Virus record (IMG/VR): IMGVR_UViG_3300032272_000003
Span: 32,001-96,000 of that record
Origin: a virus
Strand: one strand, 5' to 3'
Length of the DNA stretch: 64,000 nucleotides
Positions within the stretch are counted from its first letter, which is position 1; each line of letters starts with the position of its first letter. Position numbers and translations under genes: made by a program. A model generated the notes under the pieces. It searched no databases and was not told the DNA's origin. It was given only the letters and a program-made list of their open reading frames with translations. Shown piece by piece: positions 57,131 through 64,000 of the stretch.

Positions 57131-57238
57131 TACTCATTACCCACCCATCAGATCATCGTACATCATATATGCGATGAGACCCATACTGATTGTTATACTA
57201 ATCCATGATACTATAATCATTTTCCTTTCTCCAGTTAA

Positions 57239-57649
57239 TCATAGTATATTGGCTTTGTATTGTAATGTCAACTCTGGGTCAGAGTGAGTCCATACAACCT
57301 CTTCAATAAGATGACCGCCATCAGCATGGCAACATAATAACACACAGTAGATGACATCACCGCCTGCCTCTGTATACTCGTCAACATACCCCTCATCAAT
57401 CCTTAAATGGAACAACATCTCCATGGCCAGTTGTTTATGATCCATGTCAGAGAAAAAGACCTCATCCAAATATACACTGAAAAGCTCTTCACCAGTGACA
57501 GTACGGTAATTCATATGAATATAATCGAGTGACTTCTCGTTCCATAAGCCAAAGAATGTATCAATCTTCTCAACCATAGGTATTAGATCATCGACAGTCA
57601 TATCCGATACCCGCCTATGGACGGCGACTCTCTTCTGTTGATGCTTCAT
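57239..57649 (-). CDS. Family A small protein
   Basis: VWTHSDPELTLQYKANIL. Confidence 0.75.
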   Translation of the reverse strand: MKHQQKRVAVHRRVSDMTVDDLIPMVEKIDTFFGLWNEKSLDYIHMNYRTVTGEELFSVYLDEVFFSDMDHKQLAMEMLFHLRIDEGYVDEYTEAGGDVIYCVLLCCHADGGHLIEEVVWTHSDPELTLQYKANIL

Positions 57650-58023
57650 AGGATATTGGCCTTATATATTAACTCCATCTCAGGGTCAGGGTGAGTCCAT
57701 ACAACTTCGTCCTGTACCGCACACTCATAGATGCTGTTTGGGATTTTATTAGACATCCTTAAATATATTTTGTATATGGTACCGACATTCTTCTCGTCAA
57801 CAATAAGCTCATCTAAAATTAATATTGATAAATGATGTATCGATTTTCTTATGTCTGGGTCATCCTTGGCGAAAAAGTGTGTACAGAACTTATCCTCATT
57901 ATTAATTGATACTGTCTTTACCTGAACATTAAATAGGTTGGAACTGTGCTTGTTATAATAATCCCTTACTTTCTGAGCGATAGGGTAAAAGTCTTCATAT
58001 GAATATGATGATATATCACTCAT
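57646..58023 (-). CDS. Family A small protein
   Basis: VWTHPDPEMELIYKANIL. Confidence 0.75.
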   Translation of the reverse strand: MSDISSYSYEDFYPIAQKVRDYYNKHSSNLFNVQVKTVSINNEDKFCTHFFAKDDPDIRKSIHHLSILILDELIVDEKNVGTIYKIYLRMSNKIPNSIYECAVQDEVVWTHPDPEMELIYKANIL

Positions 58024-58358
58024 AATATACTGGCCTTATAGTTAATCTCTACACCGGGGTCAGGATGAGTCCATATAGGTATATATGTACCTTCCGTTCC
58101 GCCTATTAACAATTGATAAATGTTATATGGTCTTATATCGATTTCGACCCTGGCGATCTCTTCTAATACACGTCTAATATGGACAGTCATACTTTCCTCA
58201 AATCTATCAAAGAAGCAGATGTCGATAAAGTCACCATTCTCTAGGTAGGCATTAATAAAGACATATCCAATATCATCGGGCATCGCATCGGAGAGTTCAT
58301 ATATCCTTTCCATGATAGGTTTGAACTCAGCCGGGGTATACTCGGATATCCTTTTCAC
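58020..58358 (-). CDS. Family A small protein
   Basis: IWTHPDPGVEINYKASIL. Confidence 0.75.
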   Translation of the reverse strand: MKRISEYTPAEFKPIMERIYELSDAMPDDIGYVFINAYLENGDFIDICFFDRFEESMTVHIRRVLEEIARVEIDIRPYNIYQLLIGGTEGTYIPIWTHPDPGVEINYKASIL

Positions 58359-58612
58359 CCCACATGCTCCCTGGTTGCCAGGACGGCTTTGATCTTATCC
58401 ATGTATTCCTTCACCGGGCGACGTGGTACTTCAACATCGTTCTCCCAGTCAGAGCCAATATACTCATGGCACAGTTCACAGCACCGTGGCCCACGGTAAT
58501 GGCCTATAGCTGAGTGAACAGCCCTTGCACTCTTAAGCACATTCAGCAATCGTGGTGTGGATAGCTTATTCAATTGTTCTGCTGTTAGGTAGTTGAGATT
58601 ACTTTTACTCAT
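58355..58612 (-). CDS. Hypothetical protein inserted in array
   Basis: LSTPRLL...CCELC...VLATREHV. Confidence 0.65.
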   Translation of the reverse strand: MSKSNLNYLTAEQLNKLSTPRLLNVLKSARAVHSAIGHYRGPRCCELCHEYIGSDWENDVEVPRRPVKEYMDKIKAVLATREHVG

Positions 58613-59007
58613 AATTTGTTTGCCTTATAGGTTAGCTTGACCTCTGGATCAGGATGGGTCCATACGTTACAATGTAGTACTGTTTTCTCAGAAACAGCAT
58701 CTACAGTATCTATAGTATCTGGATAATAGTAACATTCCATGGACAGTTTATAAATCATATCACCACTATATTCATCAATCTCATTTAACATAATACTAGC
58801 CAAGTACTCAATTGTAGTATCATCAATATATTCATGATGGAAATAGTATAGTTGACACCTAACACCATCCACGGTATGAACAATCACACGTCTACCATTT
58901 GTGTTACCTCTTTCCACCCACGCTTTGTGGCAATCAATCATTTGAGCCGCAATAGGTATAAACTCTTTGTGAGTCAGTTCTGATAATCGCTTGTATTCAG
59001 ATGTCAT
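58609..59007 (-). CDS. Family A small protein
   Basis: VWTHPDPEVKLTYKANKL; start ATG 59007 after GGGAG. Confidence 0.75.
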   Translation of the reverse strand: MTSEYKRLSELTHKEFIPIAAQMIDCHKAWVERGNTNGRRVIVHTVDGVRCQLYYFHHEYIDDTTIEYLASIMLNEIDEYSGDMIYKLSMECYYYPDTIDTVDAVSEKTVLHCNVWTHPDPEVKLTYKANKL

Positions 59008-59017
59008 AAATACTCCC

Positions 59018-59833
59018 ATGGATGAAATGACATTTAACGGTAACTATAGAGCCATTGTAACAGATAACAACGATCCTTTGCAAGCAGGAAGGGTTAGGGT
59101 TCGGGTTATGCCCATGTTTAAGGATGTTGACGCTGACGCTCTGCCCTGGGCGGTACTGGCTGATGCCTTTATGGGATCGCCTAATGCCGGGTCAGTTAAT
59201 ATACCTGAGATAGGTGCCAACCTATTTGTATTCTTTGAGGCCGGTGACCACCGGTACCCAGTATACTTTGCCACTGCTCCATCCATACAGAACGGTACAC
59301 CCGATCTGCCTACCCTCACCAGGGAAGCAGACGATTCAGTTACCGATATCAATACCAATGCTAAGAAAGGTGTAGGGACAGCCTCGGGTAGCTCCTGGGA
59401 TGAGCCTGGTAGCGCCTATGCAGCCGTGTACCCAGAGAATAAGATTTGGAAGACCACCGATGGCCTATTGATAGAATTGGACGATACAGACGGTCAGCTT
59501 CGCTTCCACATATACCATCCAGCCGGTACCCGTATGGAGATCGATAAGGATGGCAACGAGGTTAACCACACACAGGGTAATCGATTTACTGTTGTCGTCG
59601 GTGATGATAAAGTTTATATCACAGGGAATGGCGACATTACAGTAGATGGGGACATGGGTATTAAGGTGGGTGGTGATACCAAGATAGATGTTACCGGTAA
59701 TGCTGATATTATTGCTGCTGGGGATGCCTCAGTAGAGAGTGTTAACTCAACTGTTAAGGGGTCAGCGAGTGTTACTATAGATGGTGGCCCTGCTGTCACT
59801 ATCACTGGTGGATTAATTAGTCTTAATCCTTAA
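59018..59833 (+). CDS. 5: Baseplate central spike (gp5/VgrG-like, no lysozyme domain)
   Basis: YRAIVTDNNDPLQAGRVRVR OB fold, PEIG, YPEN, beta-helix ending ISLNP; CATAAATA at 59005. Confidence 0.9.
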   Translation: MDEMTFNGNYRAIVTDNNDPLQAGRVRVRVMPMFKDVDADALPWAVLADAFMGSPNAGSVNIPEIGANLFVFFEAGDHRYPVYFATAPSIQNGTPDLPTLTREADDSVTDINTNAKKGVGTASGSSWDEPGSAYAAVYPENKIWKTTDGLLIELDDTDGQLRFHIYHPAGTRMEIDKDGNEVNHTQGNRFTVVVGDDKVYITGNGDITVDGDMGIKVGGDTKIDVTGNADIIAAGDASVESVNSTVKGSASVTIDGGPAVTITGGLISLNP

Positions 59834-60171
59834 AGCAATACCATTGCTTTGTATTCAAGTATCTGTGGATGGCTCTCATCGTACCATACTGTCTTATAAT
59901 CATCTGTTTGGTGGTCATCAAACCCTATAGCAACTGCAACTGATATTGTCTTGTCAGACCATAATCTATCAAACCCAGATTTTAACGATTCATTATTATG
60001 ACAGTACCCATACCCATACCATACATGATCGATGGTATCGAACCGGACAGCAATATAAAGCTCCAATGGGTAAGTGTTTATAACACTCTTGAGGTGCTTC
60101 CTGACACTCTCAATAGCAGCATTCTTCTTTCTGAGATTATGGATGACTTCCCAATATGCTTTATTATTCAT
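59830..60171 (-). CDS. Family A small protein
   Basis: VWYDESHPQILEYKAMVLL. Confidence 0.7.
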   Translation of the reverse strand: MNNKAYWEVIHNLRKKNAAIESVRKHLKSVINTYPLELYIAVRFDTIDHVWYGYGYCHNNESLKSGFDRLWSDKTISVAVAIGFDDHQTDDYKTVWYDESHPQILEYKAMVLL

Positions 60172-60174
60172 ATC

Positions 60175-60495
60175 TTAGAATACCTCGTTTGCAATAAACC
60201 CTAAAGTGTCTGGATGATCATCATTAAACCAGATATGCTTGATTACCCTATAATCATTAATGTCAATATATTCAATCGACACCCCTAATGTGTTGCAACA
60301 AATCTTCTGTTCCAGTAATTTAGTATTACCCATGTCATTAAGAGGATTAATTGTGTAGGGTATATTGTATAAATGTACCCAACGCCCGAACGAAAATCCA
60401 AAAACACGTAAATGTCTATTCCTGTGTGGTGATATACCACGGACACTCTCGACCATCTTCTCATTAATTTCAATTGACATTCGTTTATAATTCAT
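60175..60495 (-). CDS. Family A small protein
   Basis: IWFNDDHPDTLGFIANEVF. Confidence 0.7.
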   Translation of the reverse strand: MNYKRMSIEINEKMVESVRGISPHRNRHLRVFGFSFGRWVHLYNIPYTINPLNDMGNTKLLEQKICCNTLGVSIEYIDINDYRVIKHIWFNDDHPDTLGFIANEVF

Positions 60496-60541
60496 TTAGA
60501 CCTTTTAATCCTTAAACAAATCTCCCAATACCGTTCCCTAC

Positions 60542-60901
60542 TCATAATTGATCTGCCTTATACTGTAAATACTCTGGATCATCTAGGTTCTCCCATACAA
60601 CCTTACGGTGCATAAACATCTTTTCATCTACATACTGAATGGCAATAGCAATCGAAAAACCCATCAAATATGTATATAGCTCAATTAAGTTAACGGTACC
60701 ATATTCTGGTGACGGTACCAAGGTACTACGTAGCCACCCATATTGTGTGGTGTACGTATAAAGCCTAAATGAATTGACTGAATTGACTGAATTGACTGAT
60801 TTAAATTGTGTACGGGGGTTATGGGTTAGTATACCCATACTCATACTCACCAGGTCATCAACATTACCAACCCGCTTAACGATATCATTCATCATCGTCA
60901 T
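60542..60901 (-). CDS. Family A small protein
   Basis: VWENLDDPEYLQYKADQL. Confidence 0.7.
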   Translation of the reverse strand: MTMMNDIVKRVGNVDDLVSMSMGILTHNPRTQFKSVNSVNSVNSFRLYTYTTQYGWLRSTLVPSPEYGTVNLIELYTYLMGFSIAIAIQYVDEKMFMHRKVVWENLDDPEYLQYKADQL

Positions 60902-61287
60902 AACACTGTATCCGCTATGAACTCAGGGTAGTACGAGCTATCCTTATTAATCCACACCTCATGAGCTACCCCATGCTTACTACCATTGGTAGAGGTGACG
61001 ATCATGATCGATACTATATCATGATGTATTAGATGACACCCAACATACCATTCAACCCTCGTCGCCCATTCCCTACGTTGCTCTAATGTACTCTTATAGC
61101 TCACATCAGAAGCATATCTGAACGATTCAATCCTATTCCATCGTGATAGATTATCAACATCCGATGGGGCATACCATCCAACAACCCATGCATCATACGC
61201 CTGATAAGCTCCCATGTTCTCAGAGAGTCCCCATAGCTTGGATGATACTGTATTGGCTATCTGGTTGGCTAACATACTATTCATCAT
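60898..61287 (-). CDS. Family A small protein
   Basis: VWINKDSSYYPEFIADTVL. Confidence 0.7.
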   Translation of the reverse strand: MMNSMLANQIANTVSSKLWGLSENMGAYQAYDAWVVGWYAPSDVDNLSRWNRIESFRYASDVSYKSTLEQRREWATRVEWYVGCHLIHHDIVSIMIVTSTNGSKHGVAHEVWINKDSSYYPEFIADTVL

Positions 61288-61526
61288 AACACATACAACG
61301 CTTTATGTAACATTATCGCTTCTTCTGTTGGGTTCTTAATATACCGGATCATCATATTACTCACTGCTACCAATCTTAATTGATAATCATTAGGGATACA
61401 TGTGATCTTCCTGACAGTATGAACGGCATTCTCCATGCATTTGATCCTCCAGATTGGATACGAACTATACTTCTGTTCCAATTGAGATAGTATACCATCG
61501 AGATGATGTTTATCGAGAGGACTCAT
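61284..61526 (-). CDS. Family B small protein
   Basis: IPNDYQLRLV...YIKNPTEEAIMLHKALYVL. Confidence 0.75.
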   Translation of the reverse strand: MSPLDKHHLDGILSQLEQKYSSYPIWRIKCMENAVHTVRKITCIPNDYQLRLVAVSNMMIRYIKNPTEEAIMLHKALYVL

Positions 61527-61765
61527 AGCTCATACAACGCTTTATGTAACAACGTTGCCTCCGGGCATGGGTTATTAAGGTATTGGTGTAGATTGTGACA
61601 CGCCACCAATCTTAATTGATAATACATAGGAATATCAATTATTCTCTTAACAGTTCTAACGGCATTATGCCTGTAATAAACCCCTACCAGTGGATGAGAT
61701 GATTTATACATCGTTTCCAATTGGTATAGGACAGTATCAAGATGATGTTTATCGATGGGTGTCAT
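61523..61765 (-). CDS. Family B small protein
   Basis: Paralog of 61284 ORF; LHKALYEL. Confidence 0.75.
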   Translation of the reverse strand: MTPIDKHHLDTVLYQLETMYKSSHPLVGVYYRHNAVRTVKRIIDIPMYYQLRLVACHNLHQYLNNPCPEATLLHKALYEL

Positions 61766-62022
61766 AATCGCCACAACGCTTTATGAGTCAGTTTGGCTTC
61801 CTCGGTAGGATTATTAATGTAACTAATCATGTAGGAACCTATGGCCACCGTTCTTAATTGTAAATCTTCGGGGATATTACATTTACCGGAAAGACACTTC
61901 ACTAAATCTGATATCATCCGATACGGGTACCTCTCATTGGGGGTCATAGTATTAAGCTTGATATCTATGCTGTCGAGTATCCTACGTAGGTTATGTTCTT
62001 CGATGGGTGTTATAGGTTTCAT
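61762..62022 (-). CDS. Family B small protein
   Basis: IPEDLQLR...THKALWRL. Confidence 0.75.
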   Translation of the reverse strand: MKPITPIEEHNLRRILDSIDIKLNTMTPNERYPYRMISDLVKCLSGKCNIPEDLQLRTVAIGSYMISYINNPTEEAKLTHKALWRL

Positions 62023-62270
62023 AGCTCATACAATGCATTTTGAATCAGCACTGCCTCTTCGCATGGTTCATCTATATACCGGATCATATATACAGCACAT
62101 TCTACAAGTCTAACCTGTATGTCATCGGGGATACCACCACCATAGATTAACAACACGATGCTCCGTATCGACATCCTATGGGATATCTTGACAACCTCAC
62201 GTTCAGCACTATCATGCTTATTCAATAGATACTCGATTTCCTTAAGCTTCTCGGTAAGCTCCTGACTCAT
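62019..62270 (-). CDS. Family B small protein
   Basis: IPDDIQVRLV...QNALYEL. Confidence 0.75.
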   Translation of the reverse strand: MSQELTEKLKEIEYLLNKHDSAEREVVKISHRMSIRSIVLLIYGGGIPDDIQVRLVECAVYMIRYIDEPCEEAVLIQNALYEL

Positions 62271-62521
62271 AACCCGTGTATGGCCTTATGGAGGAATGTG
62301 ACATCTTTAGTAGGCTGTATCAGGTGTGCCCAGGATGTAGAGGCTAGTTCGACGGCCCTGATCTGTAAATCCACTGGTAGGGGTTTATTACAATCCTCAA
62401 GTTTATACCGCAGATTTACACGGGAAAAGAACGTTTTCATGCCTCTGTTGTTGTCGGTAAGGAGTGCCCTCTCAAGCCGACGACATGCTCTCTTTACTTT
62501 GCTCGCTTCTCTATTAGCCAT
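62267..62521 (-). CDS. Family B small protein
   Basis: LPVDLQIR...LHKAIHGL. Confidence 0.7.
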   Translation of the reverse strand: MANREASKVKRACRRLERALLTDNNRGMKTFFSRVNLRYKLEDCNKPLPVDLQIRAVELASTSWAHLIQPTKDVTFLHKAIHGL

Positions 62522-62524
62522 TAT

Positions 62525-62785
62525 CTATGACTCCCATAGTGCTTTGTGCATCAAAGTAGCCGCTGGTGTTGGATCAGTAATATGTCCATACAGGTACGGG
62601 CTACACCTTATCATTTGTAATTGAACCTCTTCAGGGATAACCTCTATCCCTCTAACGATTGTAATGATCTGAATCTGAATCTGAATCTGAAAAGCTGTTT
62701 GAAACGATTCTACCTTATCTTCATCACATGTGTCAATCAACATTTGCATGCTGGTCATCAAATCCATGAAATCGTTTTTCTTCAC
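62525..62785 (-). CDS. Family B small protein
   Basis: IPEEVQLQ...MHKALWES. Confidence 0.7.
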   Translation of the reverse strand: MKKNDFMDLMTSMQMLIDTCDEDKVESFQTAFQIQIQIQIITIVRGIEVIPEEVQLQMIRCSPYLYGHITDPTPAATLMHKALWES

Positions 62786-63189
62786 CCCTTAAGGTTCTCC
62801 ATCTTATATTCTGTATAGTGGCTATGGCCAGTGTTCTCCCATAGGATAGCACTGTCTGTCTGGGCGACCGGATGATTCACGTCCAGGCCGGTGGCGTCCA
62901 GGAGGGTGATCTTAACAGCAACAGCACATGACCCATTGAATATCCCCTGTAGCAATGCACAAGTAATATCATGGTAAATATAATCCTCATAAGAGTCGGC
63001 ATCGATTTTCACCCACCCCAGGCCATGGTGGTATGCCTCTATCAGGAACCCTATCTGTTCTGGGCATTTATAATCCCGTCTAAGGAATATCGTAACGGCA
63101 TCGGTGATGTCCTTGCACAACTGTACCTGGGAATCCAACACTTCCTGAATCTTCATCTGTTCGTCAATCTGTTTCTGTTCTTCTGTCAT
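62782..63189 (-). CDS. Family A small protein
   Basis: LWENTGHSHYTEYKMENL. Confidence 0.7.
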   Translation of the reverse strand: MTEEQKQIDEQMKIQEVLDSQVQLCKDITDAVTIFLRRDYKCPEQIGFLIEAYHHGLGWVKIDADSYEDYIYHDITCALLQGIFNGSCAVAVKITLLDATGLDVNHPVAQTDSAILWENTGHSHYTEYKMENLKG

Positions 63190-63515
63190 AGGTTCTCTCC
63201 TGCTATGTATTGGTAATAATCTGGATGGGCTTCATCAACCCATATAACCTCACTAACCTCACTCACTTTACTGTTGGTCGGGTGTTGGTACCAGTACCAC
63301 CCGATCTTAAAGCCCACAGGGCTTTTCGTATTACTTAGTTGTAAAATCCTATCTCTCAGGATAGGATGGTAAATATTACACTGTGACCTCTCTATGAGCA
63401 TGGTACTCCGCCATTTACAATCAGAATAGTACATCACCTCAAAGATAGAGGAACGCTTTTCACCAATCGATTTAATGATATCACTGGCTATACCTACGGC
63501 AACATGATGTTTCAT
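63186..63515 (-). CDS. Family A small protein
   Basis: IWVDEAHPDYYQYIAGENL. Confidence 0.7.
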   Translation of the reverse strand: MKHHVAVGIASDIIKSIGEKRSSIFEVMYYSDCKWRSTMLIERSQCNIYHPILRDRILQLSNTKSPVGFKIGWYWYQHPTNSKVSEVSEVIWVDEAHPDYYQYIAGENL

Positions 63516-63850
63516 AGCTTCTCTCCTGCTACATATTCAAGATATTGAGGATGGTCCACATCCTCCCATAATATTACCTCAGATAATAATGTACCAGTCA
63601 TACGATTAATATTACCAAACCCCCCACCATGTATTTGTAACTTAAAGCATAATGGGTTCTTTAATGCGAATGCTGTCTTGATCCTAGTCTTTAATATATC
63701 TTCATAAATAACCGCTGTTGGACCCTTAAATTTAGAACAACTCTCCCATCCCCAGTATAGGTCATAATGCATAAGTACACATGTCCCTTCAGAAGCCACA
63801 GCAATTGCTATTATCTTATCTCTTAATTTAACAATACCTGCATTATTCAT
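63512..63850 (-). CDS. Family A small protein
   Basis: LWEDVDHPQYLEYVAGEKL. Confidence 0.7.
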   Translation of the reverse strand: MNNAGIVKLRDKIIAIAVASEGTCVLMHYDLYWGWESCSKFKGPTAVIYEDILKTRIKTAFALKNPLCFKLQIHGGGFGNINRMTGTLLSEVILWEDVDHPQYLEYVAGEKL

Positions 63851-64000
63851 AACCTCTCCCTCGCTACGTATTCGATAAAATCTGGATTATATGTATCCTC
63901 CCATATAATAACCCCATCTAAATCTAATAAAGGATGTTTGTGTGCTGGTCTGTGTATTGATCTGGAGGGATAACGCATTTGTATTTGTAACTTGAATATT
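63847..64000 (-). CDS. Family A small protein (3' end only)
   Basis: ...IIWEDTYNPDFIEYVARERL-stop, runs off window. Confidence 0.65.
   Translation of the reverse strand, partial: IFKLQIQMRYPSRSIHRPAHKHPLLDLDGVIIWEDTYNPDFIEYVARERL

Noticed and set aside
1-64000. Stop-codon reassignment, as in some large phages
   Set aside because: Core genes are intact in the standard code, all three stops terminate genes, and no suppressor tRNA is present
55036-64000. CRISPR array or diversity-generating retroelement explaining the repeated 3' ends
   Set aside because: Repeats are degenerate, codon-phased and inside ORFs; no reverse transcriptase or adenine-specific template/variable pair seen

Overview
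A 64-kb segment of a large T4-superfamily-like myophage genome (standard genetic code). Bases 1-44.5 kb are mostly minus strand. They hold an intein-containing class II-type ribonucleotide reductase (runs off the window), dCMP deaminase, an RNA-repair pair (Pnkp-like kinase/phosphatase and Rnl1 ligase), a vWA-metallopeptidase/MoxR AAA pair, gp32, gp45, a split family B DNA polymerase, dUTPase, dTMP kinase, a RecD/Dda helicase and RNase H. They also hold 25 tRNAs covering all 20 amino acids plus odd tRNA-like RNAs, the head module (gp23-22-21-portal), an ADP-ribosyltransferase-like gene, gp2, a resolvase, gp46/47 and the late sigma gp55. From 44.6 kb the plus strand carries the tail/baseplate module (sheath, tube paralogs, gp26, tape measure, gp53, gp27, gp5). 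The most striking unexplained signal is about 35 small minus-strand genes in translationally coupled arrays, some interleaved antisense within the baseplate genes. They belong to at least two different families yet end in a similar C-terminal motif ([YH]-K-A-x(2-3)-L-stop). Other candidates: tRNA-mimic ncRNAs, an attC-like cassette, a GGA-rich sRNA, leaderless late mRNAs and a shared N-terminal capsid-targeting-like leader. All calls come from reading motifs by eye; no database searches were run.
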